Assembly: GCA_021734405.1 (NCBI GenBank)
Contig: JAIPJA010000001.1
Location: 1,586-65,585 of the forward strand
Direction: 5' to 3'
Length of the DNA: 64,000 nt
Source of the DNA: Minisyncoccota bacterium
GTDB taxonomy: Bacteria > Patescibacteriota > Patescibacteriia > Patescibacteriales > UBA12465
The position numbers and the translations under genes are program-made. Positions 1 to 9,568 of this stretch are shown here, one piece after another (position 1 is the first letter of the stretch; every line of letters begins with the position of its first letter). Under the pieces are notes generated by a model. It was not told where the DNA came from. It saw nothing but the letters and a program-made list of their open reading frames with translations, and ran no database searches.

Positions 1-11
1 TAAATTTATAA

Positions 12-2207
12 TTATAATTTAACCATTTTTTTAGATTTTTTTATTTTATAACTTTTAATATTATCTTTTGGTAAATAAAAATAAAAAATAGAACCCTTGT
101 TTTTATCAGGTTTAAATTTTAAATCACCACTATGCGCTCGAGCAATTTCCCTAGCAATATAAAGACCTAGACCAGTGCCATCAACATGTTCTGAGGCTGC
201 GTTTTTTGCTCTAAAAAATTTATTAAATAATTTTTTTCTCTCTTCTTTAGGAATGCCGATACCTTGATCCTTAACATAAAAAAATATTTTTTTAGCTTTA
301 AGCTCTTCATATAAAATCACAGTAGTATTATCAGGAGAATACTTAATTGCATTACCTATTAAATTCTGCCAAATTTGTTTAAACTTACCTTCGTCAGCCA
401 TCACTTCCCTGTCTGGAGATAATCTATTAATTATTTTTATATTTTTTTTATTAATTAAATAAGAATTTTCACTAATAACTGAATTGATGATTTTATCTAA
501 CTTAAAGTTTTCTTTATTAATATTAAATTTTCTGCCCGTATCTATATGGGAAACATCTAATAAATCATCCACTAACTTAATCATACTTAAATTATTTTCC
601 TCTACTTGTTTTAACATTTGTGACTGACGCTTATTTAATTTATTTTTTTTATCATTTAAAATAATACCCGTAAACCAACGAATACTGGTAAGAGGCGTTC
701 TTAGCTGATGAGAGACGATACTAATAAATTCATCTTTTAATTTATCTAATTTTTTTAAATCCTTATTCTGTTCTTCTAGTTTTACAGTAGCTTTTTTGAT
801 TTCTTTTTTCAATTTTAAATTAAATTTTCTAACATTTTCGTAAAGTAAAATATTTTCTAAAGCCACTCTAACTTCAATTCCTACTAAACTTAAAAGTTTT
901 AAATCTTTATTGTTATAAGCTTCTCCAGATTCTTTCTTATTAAAAACTAAAATTGTTATTTTTTTGACTTGTCGAATTTTTATTAATATAAACAATTCAG
1001 TTCCTAAATTATATAAGTACTGACAAGCCTCACAGTTTTTAACGAGTGAAGATTCTAAAAAATCATTTCTAACTAGCAAGGTGTTTTTAGAAACTAGCTT
1101 TTCTAAAGATTGACTATATTTCAATTTCTTAATATTTATTTTCTTAAAATTACTATTATAATCAGAGCTCCAGCTTTTAGTTTCATAATTATAACTTAAA
1201 GCTGCTATGGCCTGAACATGCATATTCCCTTGTAAAAGGGTAATTAGAGCTTTAAACATTTTTTTTATATCTAAAGTAGAATGCAAACGATTATTTATCT
1301 TATAAATCAAATCATCAAAGTCATAAAGGCCGGAAAAAAAATATTTATTAGAAACTCGATAATAGTACTTTTTCAATTTAGGAAAAGCTAAAAGAGCTAG
1401 CACAAATGCTATGGAAAAAACTATAAAAATTAATTGCGGATAAAATTTATATACTAAATATATAGCTAAATAAGAAGGCAAGAAAACTGAAACTAAAGAG
1501 GCTATATAAACTGAATAGCTTCTCATTATAACTTTAATGTTCATTAAACCAAAATATACAATCGCGTAAGTTATAACTACGGAAAATAAAAGCGGAGCTG
1601 CTAAAAACACTGGGTAAACAGAAACTTCATAAGCCGGTAAAAACCCTGTTATACCCAATAAGTTTAAACTGGCAAAGCCTAAAATATAATACAATAAACG
1701 CTTTTTTTCTAAAGCGCTTTGTTCGTCTTTGTATTTCTGTATTAAGGAAATAAAAAAAATCAAAGAATAAAAAACAAAAAAAACAACAAAAAAATGATGA
1801 AAAAATTGAGCCTTAGTATGCGCGCCCCAAGCATAATAAAAAACATCATTTAAAAAATAATTAGTTTGGCTGGCAAATAAAAACAACACCGAGAGTAAAT
1901 AGCCTAAACCTAAAAGAATTTTTCTATAAATACTAGTTTTAGTAATAGCTAAACTAAAATGATATTGCAAGGCAGGCCAAAAAACTATACCTACATATAT
2001 AATCCTATCCCAAAAAATTATTTGTTCTGCTCTATCAGCATTAAACATCATAATCGTGCCAAAAATCCAGACATCTAAAATTATAGTTAAAAGAAAAAAA
2101 AGCCTACTTATTAAGCTACGACTTCTTTTTAAAACAATATAGCCCAAAATAATAATAAAAATCAGGCTTAAAAAAGAAAATATTTGTGCAAATAGATAGT
2201 CAATCAT
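12..2207 (-). CDS. Sensor histidine kinase, multi-pass membrane N-terminus with C-terminal HisKA/HATPase
   Basis: The C-terminal half carries the H-box SHQLRTPLTSIRW and G-box GTGLGLYIAREIARAHSGDL. The N-terminal half has at least 7 hydrophobic segments. Confidence 0.8.
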   Translation of the reverse strand: MIDYLFAQIFSFLSLIFIIILGYIVLKRSRSLISRLFFLLTIILDVWIFGTIMMFNADRAEQIIFWDRIIYVGIVFWPALQYHFSLAITKTSIYRKILLGLGYLLSVLFLFASQTNYFLNDVFYYAWGAHTKAQFFHHFFVVFFVFYSLIFFISLIQKYKDEQSALEKKRLLYYILGFASLNLLGITGFLPAYEVSVYPVFLAAPLLFSVVITYAIVYFGLMNIKVIMRSYSVYIASLVSVFLPSYLAIYLVYKFYPQLIFIVFSIAFVLALLAFPKLKKYYYRVSNKYFFSGLYDFDDLIYKINNRLHSTLDIKKMFKALITLLQGNMHVQAIAALSYNYETKSWSSDYNSNFKKINIKKLKYSQSLEKLVSKNTLLVRNDFLESSLVKNCEACQYLYNLGTELFILIKIRQVKKITILVFNKKESGEAYNNKDLKLLSLVGIEVRVALENILLYENVRKFNLKLKKEIKKATVKLEEQNKDLKKLDKLKDEFISIVSHQLRTPLTSIRWFTGIILNDKKNKLNKRQSQMLKQVEENNLSMIKLVDDLLDVSHIDTGRKFNINKENFKLDKIINSVISENSYLINKKNIKIINRLSPDREVMADEGKFKQIWQNLIGNAIKYSPDNTTVILYEELKAKKIFFYVKDQGIGIPKEERKKLFNKFFRAKNAASEHVDGTGLGLYIAREIARAHSGDLKFKPDKNKGSIFYFYLPKDNIKSYKIKKSKKMVKL

Positions 2208-2254
2208 GATAAATAAAGGTTATATAAGAAAATTTTAGCATTTTTTATAAAAAT

Positions 2255-2283
2255 AAAAAAGAGGAACAACAAGCTCCTCTTAA
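2255..2283 (-). terminator. Rho-independent terminator downstream of the 2291..3322 gene
   Basis: Hairpin AGAGGA-acaacaagc-TCCTCT is followed by a T-tract on the minus strand. Confidence 0.45.
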
Positions 2284-2290
2284 TTTAATT

Positions 2291-3322
2291 TCAGAAATCG
2301 ATTACCTCCATACCCTTGTCTAGGCAGAAAAAATCCACTAAAGGAACTTTGGCTTGAATTTGCCTTAAATAATTTTGTAGTAAAGCTTGATTAGCATCAT
2401 TAACGCTAAAAAAGTTAAACTTTTTTAAATTTCCATTTTTAGATTTACTACTTGCCAAGGCCAAGCACAGGGCCTCAGTAAAACATCCATAAAAGAAATT
2501 CTTATTTGGAAAACTTAAAATTTCCGGAGAAAAACTATAATCTATATTCTCTAAATAAAAATCTCCGGCGCTCCAACGTTTAGGTCTTGGTTTAAGCTCT
2601 TTAAAGACTGGCCAAGATATTCCCGGAGGCGCAGCTACATCAATAACAATAGCGTCTTTAGCTAAAATTTTTTGCAAAGTTTGCGCGTCTAAGTTATGTT
2701 TATGAGTGCAAACAATCAAAATTTTAGCCCCCTCCTCTAATTGCTTCACGCCTTGCAAAATCTCAATGTTTGCATGTAAATTTTGAGTATGTGCACTTAA
2801 CAAACTTAAATTTTGTCGACCACCTCTTAACTTAGTTATAAACTTAACTGCCTCTAAACCAAGAAAGCCCCCGCCAATAACCACCACCTTTTCATGTTCA
2901 AAAGTAATTTTTAACCCTTGTTTAATAGTAGCTAAAAAAGAAAGAGTGGTAGCACTGTCACCTATAGAAAAAATAGTTTTTTTGTAATAGGGCTTTTCAA
3001 GCAGATAAACACCATTCTTGCCTGGTAATCTCTTAGTTGAAGCTGTAAAACATACAACTTTAGCGCCACTTTCAACTAACCTGTCAGTGGCTAAAAGACA
3101 GGCCTCTCTAGCTAAAGTCATTTTATGAGAGGAAAAAATATCCCCTGGCTGAATATCTAAAGGAATAATATGCCCCTTTAAATGACCAAAAGAAAATTTT
3201 AAAGGGGGAAAAAATCCCATTTGAGGCTCGCCAAGCTCAGCTTTAAGCGCTAAACGATTAGAAGGGGAAGTGCTGTTGGCAATAATACCAATATCAATTT
3301 CTGGTTTTAAAGAACTACTCAT
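2291..3322 (-). CDS. NAD(P)-binding Rossmann-fold protein (dehydrogenase-like, exact family unresolved)
   Basis: The central VVVIGGGFLGLEAV glycine-rich dinucleotide-binding motif follows an N-terminal substrate-like domain. Confidence 0.4.
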   Translation of the reverse strand: MSSSLKPEIDIGIIANSTSPSNRLALKAELGEPQMGFFPPLKFSFGHLKGHIIPLDIQPGDIFSSHKMTLAREACLLATDRLVESGAKVVCFTASTKRLPGKNGVYLLEKPYYKKTIFSIGDSATTLSFLATIKQGLKITFEHEKVVVIGGGFLGLEAVKFITKLRGGRQNLSLLSAHTQNLHANIEILQGVKQLEEGAKILIVCTHKHNLDAQTLQKILAKDAIVIDVAAPPGISWPVFKELKPRPKRWSAGDFYLENIDYSFSPEILSFPNKNFFYGCFTEALCLALASSKSKNGNLKKFNFFSVNDANQALLQNYLRQIQAKVPLVDFFCLDKGMEVIDF

Positions 3323-3380
3323 GATTCCTCCATTTTTTGATTAACAAATATTAACTTATTATCATAATAGCAAAAAATAA

Positions 3381-4721
3381 CTACAAAAGAAAGTTTTTTT
3401 TAATTTTTAAAAATTTCTTTTTACTTATAAAATATATAACTATAAATAAACAATAATAAATAAGTAAAAAAGATTTTGAAATTTCAGTTTCAAAATACCC
3501 AGCTTTAAAACTAGAAATCACTTCTATATATTTGCCAATAACCAAAACTGGCATAAAACCCAGCAATGGCACCGGTAAAAGTAGGCCTAAAATACCAAAA
3601 ATTAAAAATAAAGGTAAAACTGGTAAAACTAATAGGTTATACAACAAAAAAAGGTAATTGTAACTTTTAAAGTAATAAACTAAAAGTGGCCAAATTAAAA
3701 TATTTACTGCTAAAGAAGCTAAAATAATTCTTATAACTTCTTTTTTAAAATAAGAACTTTCCAAAGAACTTAAAGTAAAACTAAGTTTTAATATTTTATT
3801 TCTCTTTAACTTAAAAATTAATTTATTTAAAAAATACCAAAAACTTCCTTCCAGCTTAGGTAAAATAAACACTATACCTGCCACAGCCATAAAACTTAAT
3901 TGAAATCCAACTTCTCTAAGCCAGCTTGGTCTCATAGAAAGCATTAAAAATAAACACCGCCAGAATCTTCGCTTAAGGTTTTTTTCTTTAAATAAAAACA
4001 AAAAAGAAATCATAAAACCAGCCCTAATAGCAGAAATTGGGGCTCCTATTAAAAATATATAAAATATTAAAAAAAGTAAAAGTAAAAAATTTCTTACCTT
4101 TCTAAGTCTAAGCTTATTTAATAATTCTTTTAAACCGTAAACCAGTAAACCTAAGTGAAGACCAGAGACAGCTAATAAGTGAGCTAAACCTAACTTAGTT
4201 AAAGCTTCTTTTAAGCTTGGCTCTAACTCTGATTTCAAACCTAAAAGCATGGCTTTTAAAATTCCAGCCACTGGCTCTTCTAAATTCTTATCTATTTTTA
4301 AAACCAAGCCTTCCTTTATTTGCCACAGCTTAAAAGACCAATTTTTCCCAGTATAAGACTCTATTTTCTGTAACTGGGGATAAAAACATAATTTGCTTAT
4401 TCCCTGTTTTTCTAAATACCCCTTATAGTCAAAATCAGAATAATTTTCTGGGTTTTTTAAATCACAACTTAAATACAGAGTATCAAATAAATTTAACCTA
4501 GGCCAAGTTTCCAGTCTAGCTAGAAATTTCTGCTTATTTTTTAAACAAAGCACTACTTCCTGACGATCAAAATAGCGCTCAGGCTCCTGACAAACCACAG
4601 CTTTAAAAGAATTAGACTTAATTATATCGTCAAAAATTAGAGTTTTATCCTCTAAATAAAAACCGATTAACCTAAATAAGGCGAGTAAAAATAAGAAAAA
4701 TAAAAAATAACGACTTATCAT
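3381..4721 (-). CDS. ComEC/Rec2-like membrane protein (competence domain only, no MBL domain)
   Basis: It is polytopic and carries the ComEC competence-domain signature HLLAVSGLHLGLLV. Confidence 0.55.
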   Translation of the reverse strand: MISRYFLFFLFLLALFRLIGFYLEDKTLIFDDIIKSNSFKAVVCQEPERYFDRQEVVLCLKNKQKFLARLETWPRLNLFDTLYLSCDLKNPENYSDFDYKGYLEKQGISKLCFYPQLQKIESYTGKNWSFKLWQIKEGLVLKIDKNLEEPVAGILKAMLLGLKSELEPSLKEALTKLGLAHLLAVSGLHLGLLVYGLKELLNKLRLRKVRNFLLLLFLIFYIFLIGAPISAIRAGFMISFLFLFKEKNLKRRFWRCLFLMLSMRPSWLREVGFQLSFMAVAGIVFILPKLEGSFWYFLNKLIFKLKRNKILKLSFTLSSLESSYFKKEVIRIILASLAVNILIWPLLVYYFKSYNYLFLLYNLLVLPVLPLFLIFGILGLLLPVPLLGFMPVLVIGKYIEVISSFKAGYFETEISKSFLLIYYCLFIVIYFISKKKFLKIKKNFLL

Positions 4722-4755
4722 ATCGTTATCTTAATATCTTTTTACTTAAATTATT

Positions 4756-5862
4756 TTAAAGACTCTTTTTCTCTCTTTGCAAGCGTAAATAAGCTTCAAT
4801 AAATGGCTCGATTTCTCCATCTAGAACTTTATCCACTTGATCCGTACTAAAATTAGTGCGATGATCCTTTACCATTTTATAAGGTTGCATAACATACGAA
4901 CGAATTTGTTTGCCCCAAACAGCTACTTTAGCCTCTCCCTTCAATTTATTTTCTTTTTCACTTTGTTTATCTTCTTCTAGCTGATAAAGCTTGGCTTTTA
5001 AAATTTGTAAGGCAGTTTCTTTATTTTGGTGTTGTGATCTCTCTGACTGAGAAGTAGCTGACAGACCAGTAGACACATGAACAATTCTCACCGCTGAATC
5101 AGTCGTGTTAACACTTTGTCCTCCCTGACCAGAAGATCTAAAAACATCAATGCGTAAGTCCTTATCTTGCAACTCTACTTCTTTGGCCTCAGGTAAATCA
5201 GGCAAAACCTCTACCTTAGCAAAGGAAGTATGGCGCATACTCTCAGCGTCAAAAGGGGAAATTCTAACTAAGCGATGAACTCCATTTTCACTTTTTAAAT
5301 AACCATAAGAAAAAGAGCCTGAAATTTGAAAAGTCTGACTTTTAATACCAGCTTCCTGCCCAGGGCTACTATCCACTAATCTAATCTGCCAGCCTTTCTT
5401 TTCACAAAATCTCATAAGCATACGTGAAAGCATCTGAGCAAAATCTTGAGCATCAACCCCGCCTGTGCCTGCGTGTATGGACAAAATAGCATTAAAGCGA
5501 TCATATTTTTCTGAAAATAAAAGTAAAAACTCTAATTTAGAAAACTTATTCTCTAATATTTCCAGCTGAGCTTGAGCTTCCTGATACATAGAGGCGTCCC
5601 CCTCTTTTTGTCCTAAAGCTACTAATTTTTCTAATTCTAAAACTTCTTCTTCTAAATTTAACCATTTAGATATTTCTGCATCTAAATTTTCTGCTCTAGT
5701 GCTTATCTCCACAGCTTGTCTCTGATTCTGCCAAAAACCACTAGCTGTCATTTGTCTCTCCAGCTCTCTTTTTTCTGATTCTAAGCTAGCTATATCTAAA
5801 ATTTTTTTAGCAGAAATAATTTTCTCTCTAAGCTCCTCTAATTGTTTTAATAAATTTTCCAT
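4756..5862 (-). CDS. prfB: Peptide chain release factor 2 (continuous ORF, no programmed +1 frameshift)
   Basis: It has the SPF tripeptide-anticodon motif and the GGQ motif (SGQGGQSVNTTDSAVRIVH). Confidence 0.9.
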   Translation of the reverse strand: MENLLKQLEELREKIISAKKILDIASLESEKRELERQMTASGFWQNQRQAVEISTRAENLDAEISKWLNLEEEVLELEKLVALGQKEGDASMYQEAQAQLEILENKFSKLEFLLLFSEKYDRFNAILSIHAGTGGVDAQDFAQMLSRMLMRFCEKKGWQIRLVDSSPGQEAGIKSQTFQISGSFSYGYLKSENGVHRLVRISPFDAESMRHTSFAKVEVLPDLPEAKEVELQDKDLRIDVFRSSGQGGQSVNTTDSAVRIVHVSTGLSATSQSERSQHQNKETALQILKAKLYQLEEDKQSEKENKLKGEAKVAVWGKQIRSYVMQPYKMVKDHRTNFSTDQVDKVLDGEIEPFIEAYLRLQREKKSL

Positions 5863-5942
5863 AATACTCTGCTTATCACCTCTAATTATTTATTTTTAAC
5901 ATGTTTTTTTTGGGGGGGGTGATGGCATTAAAAATCCTTTAT

Positions 5943-6314
5943 CTAGGTTTCATTTATAAACTCAACTATTCTTTCTCTTTTTTCATTTGCCTGATCCGCT
6001 TTAAAATAAATTTCTAAAAATACAATCCTTTGATCACTGCCTAGATAAGCATATATAACACGAATACCGCTTTTTGCTCCACGCCCTTTTAGACTTTTAC
6101 ATTGAAATTTTTTTACTTTATAAAACTTTAAATTATCAGCATTACTCGCGCCCTCAATTTCAAAAATACTATTACTATCAACCTCCTGACAATGAAATAA
6201 CTCAATACGATATTGTTTGTTTGTTGCAAAATCATCTTTTAAAGTTGGAAATTTCTTCAAAAGCTTTTTGAAATCCCGTTTAAATTGAGCTGTTTCATCA
6301 TAATTAATTTTCAT
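5943..6314 (-). CDS. RelE/ParE-superfamily toxin (HigB/Gp49-like); the real start is probably the internal Met (MKINYDE)
   Basis: The C-terminal KSLKGRGAKSGIRVIYAYLGSDQRIVFLEIYFKADQANEKRE matches the Gp49/HigB fold pattern. Using the internal start gives an 11-nt overlap with the upstream antitoxin stop. Confidence 0.6.
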   Translation of the reverse strand: MKINYDETAQFKRDFKKLLKKFPTLKDDFATNKQYRIELFHCQEVDSNSIFEIEGASNADNLKFYKVKKFQCKSLKGRGAKSGIRVIYAYLGSDQRIVFLEIYFKADQANEKRERIVEFINET

Positions 6315-7086
6315 CGTATTTTCGAACGGAAAATTCATCGACACGAGAAAAAACCGCTTCATAATTAATAGGTTGCAAATCTTCAGTGCCGATCCATGGT
6401 ACGTCCTTATGGGAATAATCTCGCATTTTTGTTGCGTTAAAATCTTTAAATCTTTCAATTTCCCAATCAATCAGTTCTTTTTCTTGGGCAGAAAATTTCG
6501 ACAATTCAGCGGACCTCAGAGGTAAATATTTTTTTTGATCGTGCTGAAAATATTTCTTAGTTACTCTAACTAATTCTCCGTCTTGTTCCATCTGTGCAAC
6601 AATTTCCGGAAAAGCTACTGGTGTTGGTCCAAAATGATTCTTGATATACTTCGCTCCAATCAGCTGTTCTTCAAATTTTTCATAATAATCAAAGTCAATA
6701 AAGTACATAAGCTTGCACACTACGGCCTCTCCGATATTGGGGCGAGCGCCGATTCTTTCTAGAATATACAAGAGCGTTTCTTTAAATTTTTCAACTTTTT
6801 CCTGTGGCACAGAAATACGTACTTCTGGTTTTTGTGCTTTTGTTTTTTTAGCTTTTTTTAATTCAACTCTTGAAGAAGCTGGGTCTTGCCCGCTAATAAG
6901 CTCTTCAAAAGATAGTTTAAACAAATCACCAATTTTCTGAACTTCAGACAAATTAATCTCCCGCTCGCCTTTTTCTATTTGTATATAGGTCGGGCGCGAC
7001 AAACCAAGCTTACCTGCCATAAATTCCTGTGACAAACCTTTTTGTTCTCTTAGGCTTTTTATTCTTTTATATAAATTTTTAATCAT
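6304..7086 (-). CDS. Antitoxin: XRE-family HTH fused to a DUF4065/Panacea (SocA/GepA-like) domain
   Basis: The N-terminus is an HTH_XRE (LREQKGLSQEFMAGKLGLSRPTYIQIEKGEREI). The C-terminal KLMYFIDFDYYEKFEEQLIGAKYIKNHFGPTPVAFPEIV fits the DUF4065 core pattern (K-L-x-Y-F ... GP-x-P). Confidence 0.6.
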   Translation of the reverse strand: MIKNLYKRIKSLREQKGLSQEFMAGKLGLSRPTYIQIEKGEREINLSEVQKIGDLFKLSFEELISGQDPASSRVELKKAKKTKAQKPEVRISVPQEKVEKFKETLLYILERIGARPNIGEAVVCKLMYFIDFDYYEKFEEQLIGAKYIKNHFGPTPVAFPEIVAQMEQDGELVRVTKKYFQHDQKKYLPLRSAELSKFSAQEKELIDWEIERFKDFNATKMRDYSHKDVPWIGTEDLQPINYEAVFSRVDEFSVRKYDEN

Positions 7087-7099
7087 ATATTTAAAATTT

Positions 7100-7152
7100 T
7101 ACACATACTGAGTGTATATTTTTATTATACCTATGTAAAATATTTTTGTCAA
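7100..7152 (-). promoter_or_regulatory. Sigma70-like promoter (TTGACA-N17-TATAAT) plus operator palindrome for the toxin-antitoxin operon
   Basis: The minus-strand -35 is at 7147-7152 and the -10 at 7124-7129. The inverted repeat TACAC-N7-GTGTA (7100-7116) sits between the -10 and the antitoxin start. Confidence 0.5.
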
Positions 7153-7600
7153 ATAAAATGATAATTATTATTGACATTAATATAATAGTCTAACTTCTCA
7201 AGCAAACTTTTTAAAAGCTCTTCGTCATTAACAAGCGCCAATTCTTGTGTCTTATTTTTAGTAACTCGCCATCAACAAACAGCCTTTTATCTTTTTTAAG
7301 AATGTTTATAGGATCGTTTAATAAATTTTGCCTATTATAATATACTAAAAGTAAAATAATCATATTTTTACCTTATAATAGCCATTTTTTATCAGATTTT
7401 CTTGATTTAAAATTTTATAACTCCAAAAACACCCAATTTCGGAGTTATAAAAATTCATAACTCCATTTTCTGTCGTTTTTGGACATTATGACTATATCCA
7501 ATTACATCCAAAAGTATGCCATTGTGGAGCCAGCCAATCACCACTTTTCACTTATATCACTATAAGCGATTATGTGGGATTATTAGGTAAAAACAAAAAA

Positions 7601-7626
7601 CCCGCTGTATTTAGCGGATTTTTTGG
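7601..7626. terminator. Bidirectional intrinsic terminator
   Basis: Hairpin CCGCT-gtattt-AGCGG is flanked by an A-tract and a T-tract. Confidence 0.5.
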
Positions 7627-7759
7627 TATGTAATCTATAGAGATATATTGTCTTAACGTTTTGACCGTTAAGATGCGCGTCAGGCGTGCTTGAGTGAACG
7701 ATAACTTCTAAAAAATGGGCGTCGTTCGTAATGGAAACGATCGCCCGTTTTGTGTGCGT

Positions 7760-8038
7760 TTAGATTTCGTCGTACTTCATTCCAGATAATTCCTCAAGTC
7801 GAACTTTTCTTCCTTCTTGGCTACGAGCATCTTTTGTGGCTTCAACCACTCTTTTGGCTCCTTGCCAGTCTTCAGCTTTGTAAAAAGCTTGAAAAAGCTC
7901 TCTCTGACGATGGTCAAGCCATCGCTCGTCATACTGCGGAAATTGATCAGGATTGGAAGCAACCTCGGTTAAGAAGCTTTCTGCTTCGAAAAGTTTTCCA
8001 CTGTCCAGTGCATCTCGAAATTCTGTGGTGTTTTTCAT
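7760..8038 (-). CDS. Small acidic hypothetical protein (92 aa from the internal Met MKNTTEFRD); relatively GC-rich moron-like gene
   Basis: An AAGGAG Shine-Dalgarno sits 8 nt upstream of the ATG. GC content is clearly above the surrounding sequence. Imperfect ~20-bp direct repeats flank it (7676-7700 and 8117-8147). Confidence 0.4.
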   Translation of the reverse strand: MKNTTEFRDALDSGKLFEAESFLTEVASNPDQFPQYDERWLDHRQRELFQAFYKAEDWQGAKRVVEATKDARSQEGRKVRLEELSGMKYDEI

Positions 8039-8287
8039 CGGTGTCTCCTTTTTTTCTTGATTATCTGTTGGAAAATTTTCACTAAACATAAAATTTTTAA
8101 CGTTTACTCCATTATGGTGCCTGACAGGCACGCTTGAATAGTGGGATCTAATTATCAATATATGTCATTTTTTATCTAACATTACTATACCATACTGGTT
8201 GTAAATGTCAAGGCTTTTTCGTTCTCTTAATTGAGTAGGCTCGATGTTCCAAGTTCACCACAATGGAACACCGAACTCACTCAAGAA

Positions 8288-9196
8288 TTAAAACGCCATT
8301 TTTTGGCGATATACTTTCTCTAGCTCCGCATCCGCTACGCCCATATAAAACATAGTTGTGTTAAGTTTGGCGTGGCCAAGCATCTTCTGCAAATATCTTG
8401 GATGAACATCATGCTCCACTGCCCTCTTGCCAAATCCATGCCTAAATGAATGAGCTGTCACCTTTTTCTCAATCCCTGCAATTTTTCTCGCTTTCCTAAA
8501 CATTTTCTGAACTGCATCTTTGCCAATACGAGATCCAAACTTTTGATTTGATAAATTAATAAATAATGCACTACTCTTATACAATGCTTTCTTTTCTAGT
8601 TTATTTCTTACTTCGAGCCACTTTTGAAGCAACTCATTGGTTTTCTCATCCCAATATATTTCCCTTTTATGATTTGATCTTTTAAACGTTTTGCATACCG
8701 CTTTCATCTCTTCAAAGTTTAAATCAGCGTAATCTATGCTGATCATCTCACTTAACCTGACACCTGTCGCATATAAAAATGTTAATATTGTTTTATCTCT
8801 TAATTGATCGGGATAAAATTCATCAAATACATCCTGCATCCTTTTAACTTCCTCTTTTAACACAAACGGATAATGCTCTTTATCATCCTGCTTTGGCATA
8901 GGAATAACATCATCGCCAAATTCAACCAATTTCTGCCTATGTAACCACCTCCAGAATGTTCGCAAGCTACAAAAATAACTTGCCTGCGTACTCTTTTTAA
9001 CTTTCCTCATCTCTGTTAAATACAAACCGTATTCAACAAAGTCATGCTCTTTGATGTCTACAACATCCTTCTCGGTGCCATCGCACCAATCAATAAAGAT
9101 TTTAAGCCCCCAACGATAAGATTGTACGGTCTCCGGGGAGTGACCGATTGCCAGCCAATCCAAAAATTGGCCGTACAGTTGTTCATTTTGATTCAT
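8288..9196 (-). CDS. int: Phage tyrosine integrase (XerC/D family)
   Basis: The C-terminal catalytic signature is HSFRHGFGKRAVEHDVHPRYLQKMLGHAKLNTTMFY (R..H-R-H..Y). Confidence 0.85.
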   Translation of the reverse strand: MNQNEQLYGQFLDWLAIGHSPETVQSYRWGLKIFIDWCDGTEKDVVDIKEHDFVEYGLYLTEMRKVKKSTQASYFCSLRTFWRWLHRQKLVEFGDDVIPMPKQDDKEHYPFVLKEEVKRMQDVFDEFYPDQLRDKTILTFLYATGVRLSEMISIDYADLNFEEMKAVCKTFKRSNHKREIYWDEKTNELLQKWLEVRNKLEKKALYKSSALFINLSNQKFGSRIGKDAVQKMFRKARKIAGIEKKVTAHSFRHGFGKRAVEHDVHPRYLQKMLGHAKLNTTMFYMGVADAELEKVYRQKMAF

Positions 9197-9209
9197 AACA
9201 CTTTTTGGT

Positions 9210-9250
9210 CGAAAGCCCTTAATTAATGGTTAATTAATGACTTTCGTGTT
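9210..9250. promoter_or_regulatory. Near-palindromic 37-nt element upstream of int (CGAAAG-ccc-TTAATTAATG-gt-TAATTAATG-a-CTTTCG)
   Basis: The direct repeat TTAATTAATG occurs twice and is bracketed by inverted CGAAAG/CTTTCG. A further hairpin lies at 9271-9290. Confidence 0.35.
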
Positions 9251-9457
9251 AAATTAATAATAGCCCCCTACATGGATATGCACATCCATGATTGGGTTAG
9301 AAAAGGCGGATTTTTGGCCGTCTTTTCGTTTTTTAAATATATTAAAACACCCTTTATGGGGGTGTATAATAACGTCGCTTAGCCATTTAAGTCAAGTTTT
9401 GAAGATAAAATAATTATAAAGAAAATATAAAGAAAAAATAAAGTTTTTTCACCCCTC

Positions 9458-9497
9458 AAAAAGCCAAAAGGCCCTCCGAAAAGGGCCTCGTTTTTAT
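9458..9497. terminator. Bidirectional intrinsic terminator ending the XRE-ImmA-hsdRMS-cargo operon
   Basis: Hairpin GGCCCT-ccgaaa-AGGGCC has T-tracts on both strands. Confidence 0.6.
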
Positions 9498-9568
9498 ATA
9501 AATTGTAGAATATTAGCTTTTTCATATCATGATATGCGATTATACCACGATATTGCTCATCAGTCAAC

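Noticed and set aside
7150-7365. Possible small frameshifted gene remnant (MIILLLVYYNRQNLLNDPINILKKDKRLFVDGELLK... continuing in another frame as NKTQELALVNDEELLKSLLEKLDYY)
   Set aside because: It is too short and has no recognisable similarity. It may be a decayed gene at the prophage-host junction, but the evidence is not enough to call a feature.
7100-8287. tRNA or tmRNA as the phage integration target next to int
   Set aside because: No cloverleaf-like sequence or T-loop GTTCRANYC motif was found in 7100-8287 or 43826-44373. The integration site remains undefined.
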